Program-made: the position numbers and the translations under genes
Shown here: positions 8,922 to 17,375 of the stretch, one piece after another
Position numbering within the stretch: position 1 is the stretch's first letter
How the letters are laid out: the number at the start of each line of letters is the position of its first letter
The notes under the pieces: model-generated
What the model was told of the DNA's origin: nothing
Databases searched by the model: none
The model's input: the letters and a program-made list of their open reading frames with translations, nothing else
Assembly (NCBI GenBank): GCA_963629425.1
Contig: CAVGIU010000002.1
Location: 112-64,111 of the forward strand
Direction of reading: 5' to 3'
Source of the DNA: Oscillospiraceae bacterium
Lineage (GTDB): Bacteria; Bacillota; Clostridia; Oscillospirales; Oscillospiraceae
Length of the DNA stretch: 64,000 nucleotides

Positions 8922-9442
8922 AAAGAATAATCGCGATCATCCTTGCCGTCATGTGCGTTTTCGCGCTCTGCGCATGCTCGGATAACGGCGGAGACCAGGA
9001 AACCGAAACAAAGACCGAGTATAAGGCCGATTACGGCGAGCTGTACTATACTTCGGGTGATGTTAAGTTCGGCATCTTTGATGCGGCCGACGAGGTGCTC
9101 TCCGCCCTCGGAGAGCCCGTCAGCACCTTCGAATCGAACAGCTGCGCATATCAGGGCAAGGATAAATTTTATTACTATGACGGCTTTGAGGTGCTGGTAA
9201 ACGACGTCGACGGAACAGAGCGCGTCACCGGCATAACCCTCGCCGACGACACCGTTTCAAATCCGCAGGGCGTAAAGATCGGAATGAAGGGTGACGAGGC
9301 GCTTGAGCTCATGGACGGCATCGAGTATACTCAGTCGGGCGATACTTATAAGTTCACCGTCGGCTCGACACTGTTCAGAATCCAGGTCGACGCAGACGGC
9401 ACTGTAAAGGCTGCCGAATACACGGTTGCCGCGAACGATTAG
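8918..9442 (+). CDS. Lipoprotein of unknown function
   Basis: 174 aa. Lipobox MKRIIAIILAVMCVFALCAC. The ATGA overlap with the upstream stop suggests translational coupling. Confidence 0.6.
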   Translation: MKRIIAIILAVMCVFALCACSDNGGDQETETKTEYKADYGELYYTSGDVKFGIFDAADEVLSALGEPVSTFESNSCAYQGKDKFYYYDGFEVLVNDVDGTERVTGITLADDTVSNPQGVKIGMKGDEALELMDGIEYTQSGDTYKFTVGSTLFRIQVDADGTVKAAEYTVAAND

Positions 9443-9453
9443 TGAGGTGCACC

Positions 9454-10428
9454 ATGACCGAATATAAAAAGCTGAAGATAGAAGATGTCTTTGCCGACAT
9501 AGAAAAAATAATGGGCTCGGCTCTTTCGGATGACGAAAAGAGCATGGCGCTGCGCAAAAAAGGCGCGTCGGCCTATGAAAATGAGGATGATCCCGCAGCT
9601 GCCGCGTATTACGACGAGGCGATAGCCCTCGGCCTTGTTGAAGCCGAGATGCTGCCGGAGGTACTTTTCCGCTGCGGTGTGAGCTTTGCAAAGCTTGATG
9701 AGAAAAAGTCATTCGACTTCTTGAAGCGCGCGGCAGAGCTCGGCCACGTCAAGGCAATGCTCAACCTCGCCGTGTGCTATCAGAAGGGCACGGGCGTGTC
9801 CAAGAACGAAAAAGAGTGCTATAAGTGGGCGCTGGCAGCGGCGGATGCAGGTGACATCGAGGCAATGTATATCTGCGCACTGTGCTCCGAGCAGGGCTTC
9901 GGCACGAAGAAAAACCCGGAGGAGGCCTTTGCCCGCTTCAAGCGTGCCGCCGAGGCCGGAGTAGTCGACGCCATGTACAAAACGGCGCTCAACCATGACC
10001 GCGGAGAGGGCACATTCCCGAATCCGCAGGCGGCGTTCGAGTGGTTCAAAAATGCGGCTGAGATGGGGCACCCCGACGCTCAGCACGATCTTGCCGTGTG
10101 CTACGCAAACGGCGAGGGCACGATGACCGATCCCGCGGAGGCCTTTCGTTGGATGAAGATCGCGGCGGAAAACGGCAATGTCGATGCCATGCGCCTTGCC
10201 GGCGGCTGCTATTATAACGGTTTCGGCGTCAAGGAAAATCCGAAAAAGGCCTTTGAAATGTTCAAAAAAGCCGCGGAGCACGGAGACGTTGACTGTATGC
10301 GCATGACCGGAGACTGCTATGCTCTCGGCTCGGGCGTGAAGCAGAACAGTGACGAGGCTATGCGCTGGTATCGCATAGCCGCCGAGCACGGCGATATGGA
10401 TTCGCGCGAAATGATGGAAGAGTATTAA
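9454..10428 (+). CDS. Sel1-repeat (TPR-like) protein, no signal peptide
   Basis: At least seven tandem ~36-aa Sel1 units (..A.EWFKNAAEMGHPDAQHDLAVCYANGEG..). ATG 9454 is preferred over the track start GTG 9442 because of the gaggtg RBS. Confidence 0.85.
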   Translation: MTEYKKLKIEDVFADIEKIMGSALSDDEKSMALRKKGASAYENEDDPAAAAYYDEAIALGLVEAEMLPEVLFRCGVSFAKLDEKKSFDFLKRAAELGHVKAMLNLAVCYQKGTGVSKNEKECYKWALAAADAGDIEAMYICALCSEQGFGTKKNPEEAFARFKRAAEAGVVDAMYKTALNHDRGEGTFPNPQAAFEWFKNAAEMGHPDAQHDLAVCYANGEGTMTDPAEAFRWMKIAAENGNVDAMRLAGGCYYNGFGVKENPKKAFEMFKKAAEHGDVDCMRMTGDCYALGSGVKQNSDEAMRWYRIAAEHGDMDSREMMEEY

Positions 10429-10434
10429 AAAACA

Positions 10435-10461
10435 CGGCAGGAAAATTCCTGCCGAGTTTTT
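10435..10461. terminator. Terminator after the Sel1 gene, shared with the convergent small membrane-protein gene
   Basis: CGGCAGGaaaattCCTGCCG followed by agttttt. Confidence 0.7.
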
Positions 10462-10669
10462 ATATTGGCTTATGTGTAGTATTGAGATCGGGTATCACGG
10501 CGGCTCCCATATCTGGCCACGAAGATGTAACGGCGCTCGTGAGCCCTATCATGACAAAGGCGATGACCGCGAGCAGCGCAATGACGATTACCGCGATTAT
10601 AAATCCCGTGCGGATATTCGCCTTCGCTCGGCGTATCTCCTCGTCCTCTTCACGTTTGTTGTTCTTCAC
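10460..10669 (-). CDS. Small single-pass membrane protein
   Basis: About 69 aa from GTG 10669, with ggaggt 7 nt upstream. Charged N-terminus (KREEDEEIRRAK) followed by one TM helix. No recognisable family. Confidence 0.45.
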   Translation of the reverse strand: MKNNKREEDEEIRRAKANIRTGFIIAVIVIALLAVIAFVMIGLTSAVTSSWPDMGAAVIPDLNTTHKPI

Positions 10670-10741
10670 GCTCAAACCTCCGATGTTGATGATACCATTC
10701 TACATCGGAGAATTTTTTTGTCAACAAACTGGCTGTTAACA

Positions 10742-10803
10742 TTGACAAGCGGCGGGAGAGTGCTTATAATAAGAACAAACGTTGCGCAACGCGTGTTGCG
10801 CAA
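10742..10803 (+). promoter_or_regulatory. Sigma-A-type promoter (TTGACA-17-TATAAT) plus a tandem palindromic operator for the TetR/ABC operon
   Basis: TTGACA at 10742-10747 and TATAAT at 10765-10770. Two copies of the self-complementary octamer TTGCGCAA at 10782-10789 and 10796-10803, just upstream of the RBS. Confidence 0.55.
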
Positions 10804-10821
10804 GCAAAAGGAGTGATATCG

Positions 10822-11388
10822 ATGCCGCCAAGAGTAAAATTTTCACGCGAGGAGATCATTGCTGCTGCGCTGGATATAGTGCGTGAGGGCGGAATGACGG
10901 CGCTCACGGCACGCAGCCTGGCAGCTGAATTAGGCTCATCGGCAAAGCCTGTGTTCGGGCTTTTCGAGAATATGCAGGAGGTGCAGAATGAGGTGATGCT
11001 CGCCGCCAACGCCGAGTATCAGAGCTTTTTGCGCACCGAGATGATGCGCGGCATATATAAGCCCTATAAGGCCAGCGGCATGGCGTATATTGCCTTTGCC
11101 CGCAAGGAAAAAGAGCTGTTCAAGCTTCTTTTCATGCGCGACAGGACGGATGAGCGCATAGACGCAAAGGATGACAGCATAGATGATATCATAGCGATAA
11201 TTTCCCGCAATACGGGGCTGAGCGAGGAGGACGCGCGACTTTTCCACCTCGAGATGTGGATATTTGTCCACGGTATTGCAACCATGATAGTGACAAATTA
11301 TCTCGACTGGGAAGAGGGGCACATAAGCCGCGCGCTGACCGATGCGTATGAGGGACTGAAGGCGCGCTGGTGCGGGGAAGAAAAATGA
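10822..11388 (+). CDS. TetR-family transcriptional regulator
   Basis: About 188 aa. N-terminal HTH region REEIIAAALDIVREGGMTALTARSLAAELGSSAKPVF. ATG 10822 lies 8 nt after aaaggag. Confidence 0.85.
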   Translation: MPPRVKFSREEIIAAALDIVREGGMTALTARSLAAELGSSAKPVFGLFENMQEVQNEVMLAANAEYQSFLRTEMMRGIYKPYKASGMAYIAFARKEKELFKLLFMRDRTDERIDAKDDSIDDIIAIISRNTGLSEEDARLFHLEMWIFVHGIATMIVTNYLDWEEGHISRALTDAYEGLKARWCGEEK

Positions 11389-12116
11389 TGGGTGCAATAA
11401 GAATAACGGGACTTACGAAAAAATATAAGGAGCTCACCGCCGTCGACGGGCTTGAGCTCAGCGTCCGGCAGGGCGAGCTGTTTGCGCTTCTGGGCGTAAA
11501 CGGCGCGGGCAAGACCACGACGATAAAAATGCTCTCGTGCCTGACAGCGCCCACGTCGGGCGAGGCGTACCTCGGCGGAAAGAGTATCGTTTCGCAGCCG
11601 AATGAGGTAAAGTGCATCATCGGCGTATCTCCGCAGGAGACGGCGGTCGCGCCGAATCTGACGGTTAGAGAAAATCTGGAGCTCATGTGCGGCGTGCACG
11701 GGATGTCAAAGGAAAAAACGCGCGAAAGGGTAAATGCGCTGTGCGAAGAATTCGAGCTTCATGAGGTCATGCCCCGCAAGGCCGGCAAGCTATCCGGCGG
11801 CTGGCAGCGCAGGCTCAGCATAGCCATGGCGCTCACGGGCGATCCGGAGATACTGTTTCTCGATGAGCCGACGCTGGGACTCGACGTTATCGCGCGCAGC
11901 GAGCTGTGGGACACCGTGCGCGCTCTCAAGGGCAAGAAGACCATAATACTCACGACGCACTATATGGAGGAGGCCGAGGAGCTGTCCGACCGCATAGGCA
12001 TCATGCGCGGCGGCAGGCTTCTGGCGCTCGGCACGGCGCAGGAGCTCAAGGCACTGGCGGGAAAGGAAAAATTTGAGGACGCGTTCGTTGCAATAGTAAA
12101 GGGGGAGAGCAAATGA
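11385..12116 (+). CDS. ABC transporter ATP-binding protein (ABC-2 exporter type)
   Basis: Walker A GVNGAGKTT, signature LSGGWQRR, Walker B ILFLDEPT. ATGA overlap with the tetR stop. Confidence 0.9.
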   Translation: MMGAIRITGLTKKYKELTAVDGLELSVRQGELFALLGVNGAGKTTTIKMLSCLTAPTSGEAYLGGKSIVSQPNEVKCIIGVSPQETAVAPNLTVRENLELMCGVHGMSKEKTRERVNALCEEFELHEVMPRKAGKLSGGWQRRLSIAMALTGDPEILFLDEPTLGLDVIARSELWDTVRALKGKKTIILTTHYMEEAEELSDRIGIMRGGRLLALGTAQELKALAGKEKFEDAFVAIVKGESK

Positions 12117-12844
12117 AGATGCTGACCTTTTCCTCACGCACGGCAAAGGAGATACTGCGCGACCCCGTAAACCTCGGCTTCGGACTGGGCTTTCCCGTCG
12201 TTCTCATCCTGTTGCTGTCGGCAATTCAGGCAAATGTGCCCGTCTCGCTGTTTGAGATAGAAAAGCTCGCGCCGGGCATGACGATATTCGGCCTGTCGTT
12301 TATGACGCTTTTCTCCGCAACGCTCATCGCGAAGGACCGCGAAAGCGCACTTTTGCAGCGGCTTTATACGACACCGCTGACCGCCGCGGACTTCATCTTC
12401 GGCTACACGCTGCCGATTCTGCCCATCGCGCTGGCTCAGGCCGTTGTGTGCTTCATAACGGCGTTTTTCCTCGGCATGGAGATCACGGTAAACGTCCTGT
12501 GGGCGGTGCTCATGACAATTCCGGCTGCGGTGTTTTTCATCGCGCTCGGCCTTTTGTGCGGAAGCGTATTTAACGTAAAACAGGTCGGCGGCATGTGCGG
12601 CGCGCTGCTGACTAACCTCACCGCCTGGCTCTCGGGCATATGGTTCGACCTCGACCTCGTGAGCGGCGCGTTTAAGAAGATCGCAGAGCTTCTGCCATTC
12701 TGCCACGCGGTACGGGTCGAGCAAGCCGTCTGCGCGGGGAAATTCGGCGATATCCGGCCCGATCTTGCGTGGGTCATTGCCTACGCCGCCGTCGCTGTGA
12801 TATTTTCGGTCGTGCTGTTCCTGCGGCAGATGAGAAGACAATAG
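12113..12844 (+). CDS. ABC-2 family transporter permease
   Basis: 243 aa with about six TM helices. Overlaps the ATPase stop. Confidence 0.8.
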   Translation: MKMLTFSSRTAKEILRDPVNLGFGLGFPVVLILLLSAIQANVPVSLFEIEKLAPGMTIFGLSFMTLFSATLIAKDRESALLQRLYTTPLTAADFIFGYTLPILPIALAQAVVCFITAFFLGMEITVNVLWAVLMTIPAAVFFIALGLLCGSVFNVKQVGGMCGALLTNLTAWLSGIWFDLDLVSGAFKKIAELLPFCHAVRVEQAVCAGKFGDIRPDLAWVIAYAAVAVIFSVVLFLRQMRRQ

Positions 12845-12876
12845 AAAAAGTCCGTTCCAGTGGAACGGACTTTTTT
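12845..12876. terminator. Bidirectional terminator
   Basis: aaaaaGTCCGTTCCagtGGAACGGACtttttt between the convergent permease gene and the small ORF. Confidence 0.8.
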
Positions 12877-13018
12877 ACTTCCCCCAGTCACCGGATATGC
12901 CGTCGGGGGCTTTTACGCGGCGCGGGTCTTTGACATGCCCGTCGCGGCCGCGAAAGTCCTGCGGCGCAACATTCTCGCCCGAGGGCAGATCGCCGTGTTT
13001 TTTAGATTTTTTGCTCAT
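12875..13018 (-). CDS. Untracked 47-codon ORF (MSKKSKKHGDLPSGENVAPQDFRGRDGHVKDPRRVKAPDGISGDWGK), candidate small spore-associated protein
   Basis: The ATG lies 8 nt after the spoVAC stop, and a GGAGGA is embedded in the last spoVAC codons. G/C-rich third positions as in the flanking genes. Followed directly by the terminator. Too short to appear in the ORF track. Confidence 0.4.
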   Translation of the reverse strand: MSKKSKKHGDLPSGENVAPQDFRGRDGHVKDPRRVKAPDGISGDWGK

Positions 13019-13025
13019 GTTATCC

Positions 13026-13466
13026 TTATCCTCCAAAAACGCAAAGTATCAGGCCGTATATGACGCTGGCCGTGATGCCGTAGACGATCACCGGCCCCGA
13101 GATGATGAACATTTTTGCCGCCGTGCCGCTTATGAAGCCCTCGGTCTTGAACTCCAGTGCCGGAGCGACCATGGAGTTTGCAAAGCCCGTTATCGGAACG
13201 AGGGTGCCGCCGCCGGCAAAGCGCGCGATGCGGTCGTAAAGCCCGAGCCCGGTCAAAAGCGCGCCGAGGAAAACAAGCGTTGCGCTCGTTGCGCTCGCAG
13301 CCGCGGCCTTTTCAAGACCGCAGTGCGTGTAAAGGCTCATTATCGCCTCGCCCAGACAGCAGATGAGCCCGCCGACAAAAAAGGCCTTTAGCATATTGCC
13401 CGCACACTTTGAGCGCGGCTGGTGCGAGTCTGAATACCGCAGGTATTCGTCGTTTGTCATGTTCAT
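13026..13466 (-). CDS. spoVAC: Stage V sporulation protein AC
   Basis: About 146 aa from MNMTNDEY. FFVGGLICCLGE ... GGGTLVPITGFANSM ... GPVIVYG matches SpoVAC throughout. The track ORF carries a 16-aa N-terminal extension that I do not accept. Confidence 0.9.
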   Translation of the reverse strand: MNMTNDEYLRYSDSHQPRSKCAGNMLKAFFVGGLICCLGEAIMSLYTHCGLEKAAAASATSATLVFLGALLTGLGLYDRIARFAGGGTLVPITGFANSMVAPALEFKTEGFISGTAAKMFIISGPVIVYGITASVIYGLILCVFGG

Positions 13467-13538
13467 GCCGAAACCTCGATAGAAATGAAAATGCACCGGG
13501 TCACCCCGATGCATTTATATTTTCCGAAAATTTCGCAG

Positions 13539-13955
13539 CTATACGTCCAGCGTCAGGTTTTCAACGCCGTTTGCCTCAAATTCGTCCATGTATTCATCCA
13601 TGCGCGCGGTGAGCGCAGCAAGATCGTCGCAGTCTTCGCCGAGGTCGCGCCGAGCGAGCTCTTCGGCCAGAATGTCGAAAAACACGGCATCCTCATAGTC
13701 GGCGATGGCCTCGTGTATGCCGCCGTCCTCGTATGCGCGCGAGGGGAAAACGTGTCCGTGCCAAAGCTGAACGAGGCTCTTCATGCCGTTTTTCGAGCAT
13801 AGTGAGAATAACTTTTCCTGTACGATGTCATAGTCCTCAAAGCGGTCGGTCGTCCTTGTGGAGTTGAGTATCCAGTTGCCTATATAAACAAGGTCCAGAA
13901 GCCTGCGGAATTCTTTTTCGGTAAGATCTATGTTCAAAGCTTCGCCTCCCGTCAT
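13539..13955 (-). CDS. Acidic cytoplasmic protein of unknown function
   Basis: 138 aa with normal codon bias. No family recognised. Confidence 0.5.
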   Translation of the reverse strand: MTGGEALNIDLTEKEFRRLLDLVYIGNWILNSTRTTDRFEDYDIVQEKLFSLCSKNGMKSLVQLWHGHVFPSRAYEDGGIHEAIADYEDAVFFDILAEELARRDLGEDCDDLAALTARMDEYMDEFEANGVENLTLDV

Positions 13956-14078
13956 CGTTATAGATTCATTATATCAGATAGACTGCCTCTTTGCCACAAT
14001 AAAATCCTTGTAATTTTGAACAAGTTGTCATATTATATTATAGTTATAGTTTAAGCTATATAATGGAGATAGTGTGCA

Positions 14079-14882
14079 ATGGACAACAGACCCATCGGCG
14101 TGTTCGACTCCGGGCTCGGCGGCCTGACGGCCGTACGCGAACTGAGGCGAATTTTGCCGGATGAAAATATAATATACTTCGGCGATACAGGGCGCATGCC
14201 CTACGGCGGAAGGCCGCGTGAACAGATGCGGAAAATCGCGCGTCAGAATATCGCCTTTGCCGAGAGCTTCAATGTTAAGGTCATCCTTGCCGCCTGTGGA
14301 ACGATATCCAGCAACGCCCCGGATATCCTCGCCGCGAACGCGACAAAGACCGTCGGCGTACTCACTCCGGGCGCTGAAATGCTTGCCGAAACGGGCAGGG
14401 AAAAGCTCGGCGTTATCGCGACGAAAACGAGCATCGAAAGCGGTGCGTTCCAAACGGAGATAAGCCGCCTTGCGCCCGACGCGAATGTCACGGCGCTTGC
14501 CTGTCCCGAATTCGTTCCGATGATCGAGAGCGGACATTACCTGCCCTCCGACCCTGTCGTGCGGGACGTTGTCGCTCGCTCGCTCGAGCCCTTAAAGGGC
14601 ATCGGAGCGCTGCTGCTCGGCTGCACGCATTACGGACTCATCGCAGACGCGATAAGCGAGTATCTCGGTTCGGCCGTTATTCTTGTCGGCGCGGCCGACG
14701 CGTCCGCGCAGCGCCTTGCCCGGTATCTGCGTGAAAACGATCTGCTCGCCGCGTCCGGCGGAAGCGAGAGCTATTATACGAGCGGCAGCACCGCCGATTT
14801 CGAGGCTCTTGCGCCGGTCATGCTCGGCTATAAGCTCAAAAGTGAGGTCAATTTCGTCGAGCCGTTTGCCTTGGACGAGTGA
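14079..14882 (+). CDS. murI: Glutamate racemase
   Basis: 267 aa. IGVFDSGLGGLT, ILAACGTIS and LLLGCTHY carry the two catalytic Cys motifs. Confidence 0.93.
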   Translation: MDNRPIGVFDSGLGGLTAVRELRRILPDENIIYFGDTGRMPYGGRPREQMRKIARQNIAFAESFNVKVILAACGTISSNAPDILAANATKTVGVLTPGAEMLAETGREKLGVIATKTSIESGAFQTEISRLAPDANVTALACPEFVPMIESGHYLPSDPVVRDVVARSLEPLKGIGALLLGCTHYGLIADAISEYLGSAVILVGAADASAQRLARYLRENDLLAASGGSESYYTSGSTADFEALAPVMLGYKLKSEVNFVEPFALDE

Positions 14883-14892
14883 GGGCGAGAGT

Positions 14893-15312
14893 ATGAATGC
14901 AGTTATTAAGATAACCGGCGTTCAGGGCTTTATGCAGCCGGACGCCGAGACGATCGAGTTTATTACCGACGGCATTTACTGCCGCACCGAGAACGGATAT
15001 CAGATATACTACCGCGAAAGCGAACTCACGGGTCTTGAGGGAACTTGCACGACCGTAGACATCACGCCCGACGCGATAACCGTCGAGCGTAAGGGCATGC
15101 TCAACACGAAAATGGTCTTCCGCGAGGGCGAAAAGGACAGATTCCTTTACGATACGCGCTTCGGCGCGGCGACGCTCGGCGTGGAAACGCGCAAGGTCAG
15201 GGCAAGCTTTGACGATCTTGGCGGAGATCTGAGCATCGACTACGTTGTCAACATGGAGCACACCGTCGCAAGCAGAAATATACTGAATATGAGCGTCAAG
15301 CTCAGAAGCTGA
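14893..15312 (+). CDS. DUF1934 (YwiB-like) beta-barrel protein
   Basis: 139 aa from MNAVIKITG. The location immediately upstream of argS is conserved in Firmicutes. The track ORF start at 14683 overlaps murI and is rejected. Confidence 0.7.
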   Translation: MNAVIKITGVQGFMQPDAETIEFITDGIYCRTENGYQIYYRESELTGLEGTCTTVDITPDAITVERKGMLNTKMVFREGEKDRFLYDTRFGAATLGVETRKVRASFDDLGGDLSIDYVVNMEHTVASRNILNMSVKLRS

Positions 15313-15325
15313 GAGGATAAATGAT

Positions 15326-17071
15326 ATGGCAAATATGATACAGAAGGCAAAACAGCAGGTCGCGGAGCTCGTGAACGCGGCATATCTCGCAGCCGCCGAA
15401 AAGGGCGAGCTGCCCGCGGAAATTACGCTCGGCGGCAGCGTCGAGATACCCAAGGATACCGCAAACGGCGACTATGCGGCAAACTACGCCATGGCAAGCG
15501 CAAAGCTCATGCGCATGCCGCCGCGCAAGGTGGCCGAGACCCTCGTCGCCAACATGGCGCTCGACGGCAGCTGGTTTGAAAGCGTTGACGTTGCAGGCCC
15601 CGGCTTTATGAACTTCCGCATGGGCGGCAAGTGGTACTCCGACGTTCTCAAAAACGTCGCCGAGGAGGGTGACAGCTTCTGCAACTGCAATATCGGCGAG
15701 GGCAAAAAGCTCATGGTCGAGTTCGTCTCCGCAAACCCCACCGGCCCCATGCACATGGGCAACGCCCGCGGCGGCGTGCTGGGCGACGCGCTGGCCTCCG
15801 TGCTCTCCCGCGCGGGCTACGACGTCTGGCGCGAGTTCTACGTTAACGATGCCGGCAATCAGATTGAAAAATTCGCGGGCAGCATTGAGGCTCGCAGCAT
15901 CCAGCTTTTAAAAGGCGAGGACGCCGTCGAGTTCCCCGAGGACGGCTACCACGGCGATGATATAAAGGAGCTGGCCAAGCTCTTCTGCGAAAAGTACGGC
16001 GACAGCTGGCTCGAGCTTCCCACCGCCGAGCGCCACAAGATGATGGCCGAGTTCGGCCTGTCGGTGAATCTGCCGAAGATGAAGCGCGATCTTGCGCGCT
16101 ACGGCATCGAATACGATCAGTGGTTCCTCGAGTCGAGCCTGCATGAAAGCGGCTATGTCGCCGACTCCGTGCAGAAGCTCACCGAGGCCGGCTACACCTA
16201 TGAAAAGGACGGCGCACTGTGGCTGCACACCTCGAAGATACTTTCGGACAAGCTCCTTGCAGCGGGCAAAAAGCCCGAAGATATCGAAAAGCTCGAGCTC
16301 AAGGACGATGTCCTGCGCCGCGCAAACGGCTTCTACACCTATTTTGCTGCCGATATCGCCTACCACCGCAACAAATTCGAGCAGCGCGGCTTTGACAAGG
16401 TCATAAACGTCTGGGGCGCGGATCACCACGGCCACGTCGCCCGTCTCAAGGGCGCGATGGACGCGCTCGGTCTCGACGGCGAGCACAGGCTCGATATAGT
16501 GCTCATGCAGCTTGTCAAGCTCACGCGCGGCGGCGAGGTAGTTCGCATGTCAAAGCGCACCGGCAAGGCGATATCGCTCTCCGACCTTCTTGATGAGATC
16601 CCCGTTGACGCTGCGCGCTATTTCTTCAACTCCCGTCCCGAGTCGCCCGTCGAGTTTGACCTCGACCTTGCCGTTCGTCAGGACAGCGAAAACCCCGTTT
16701 ACTACGTTCAGTACGCCCACGCGAGGATCTGCACCATGATCTCGGCGCTCAAGGCCGAGGGTCACGATGTGCCCGATATAAACAGCGTCGATCTGTCGCT
16801 TCTCACGACCGAGCAGGAGCTTGAGCTCATAAAGCAGATCGCCCTGCTGCCCGAGGAGATCCGCCTCGCAGCGCGCGACTATGACCCCAGCCGCATAAAC
16901 AAGTACGTCACGGAGCTCGCCGCCCGCTTCCACAGGTTCTACACAGCCTGCCGCATCAAGGGCGCGGAGGAGGGCGTGCTCAACGCGCGTCTGTGCCTTG
17001 CCGACACCGTCCGCAAGGTCATCGCCCTGTCCCTGTCCGTGATCGGCGTCTCCGCCCCCTCCAAAATGTGA
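15326..17071 (+). CDS. argS: Arginine--tRNA ligase
   Basis: 581 aa. Class I HIGH-type motif PTGPMHMGNARG, and the DALR anticodon-binding C-terminus ending in SAPSKM. Confidence 0.95.
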   Translation: MANMIQKAKQQVAELVNAAYLAAAEKGELPAEITLGGSVEIPKDTANGDYAANYAMASAKLMRMPPRKVAETLVANMALDGSWFESVDVAGPGFMNFRMGGKWYSDVLKNVAEEGDSFCNCNIGEGKKLMVEFVSANPTGPMHMGNARGGVLGDALASVLSRAGYDVWREFYVNDAGNQIEKFAGSIEARSIQLLKGEDAVEFPEDGYHGDDIKELAKLFCEKYGDSWLELPTAERHKMMAEFGLSVNLPKMKRDLARYGIEYDQWFLESSLHESGYVADSVQKLTEAGYTYEKDGALWLHTSKILSDKLLAAGKKPEDIEKLELKDDVLRRANGFYTYFAADIAYHRNKFEQRGFDKVINVWGADHHGHVARLKGAMDALGLDGEHRLDIVLMQLVKLTRGGEVVRMSKRTGKAISLSDLLDEIPVDAARYFFNSRPESPVEFDLDLAVRQDSENPVYYVQYAHARICTMISALKAEGHDVPDINSVDLSLLTTEQELELIKQIALLPEEIRLAARDYDPSRINKYVTELAARFHRFYTACRIKGAEEGVLNARLCLADTVRKVIALSLSVIGVSAPSKM

Positions 17072-17084
17072 TTTTTCAGAGGCG

Positions 17085-17190
17085 CACGGACGCATCTACG
17101 GATACGGTGATTGCGGTTGCCCGGTGTCGAAGCTGCCGACGAAACTGTGCTTGCATCGCCCTACGGCGTTGCGGTCTTGGTCGGAACTTA
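17085..17190 (+). repeat. Copy 1 of a second repeat family (R2); shares an exact 24-nt block with 55372-55395 on the opposite strand
   Basis: ATACGGTGATTGCGGTTGCCCGGT at 17102-17125 equals the reverse complement of 55372-55395. Weaker similarity continues for about 80 nt (CTGCCGACGAAAC vs CTGCTGACAAAAC; GTCTTGGTCGGAAC vs GTCTTCGGTGCAC). Confidence 0.6.
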
Positions 17191-17203
17191 AATCTATATG
17201 TAG

Positions 17204-17230
17204 GGGCGGGCATTGCCCGCCCGTTTTTTT
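17204..17230 (+). terminator. Rho-independent terminator of argS
   Basis: GGGCGGGCattGCCCGCCC followed by gttttttt. Confidence 0.8.
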
Positions 17231-17307
17231 ACGGTTTCCACCGTACTCTGCGGTCGGGCAAGCGCAAAAAACGTATCAATACAGCCCCAATTCGCCTCCA
17301 AAAAGTC

Positions 17308-17336
17308 TTGTAATTTGGGGGTTGTGGTGCTAAAAT
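17308..17336 (+). promoter_or_regulatory. Candidate sigma-A promoter of typA (TTGTAA-17-TGcTAAAAT, extended -10)
   Basis: TTGTAA at 17308-17313 and TAAAAT at 17331-17336, preceded by TGc. About 40 nt upstream of the typA ATG. Confidence 0.45.
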
Positions 17337-17375
17337 ATATTTTTGTGTTGAATTTTGATTAGGAGTTGAGTTTAA

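Noticed and set aside
14683-14892. N-terminal extension of the DUF1934 ORF overlapping murI, and similar track extensions at 35002, 22974, 38013, 60781, 21482, 32439, 42150, 55027 and 13514
   Set aside because: The internal ATG or GTG codons have proper Shine-Dalgarno spacing and restore family-typical N-termini. The extensions overlap upstream genes or terminators.
14883-15325. T-box leader upstream of argS
   Set aside because: The space is occupied by the DUF1934 gene, leaving only 13 nt before argS. No specifier-loop or T-box sequence is seen.
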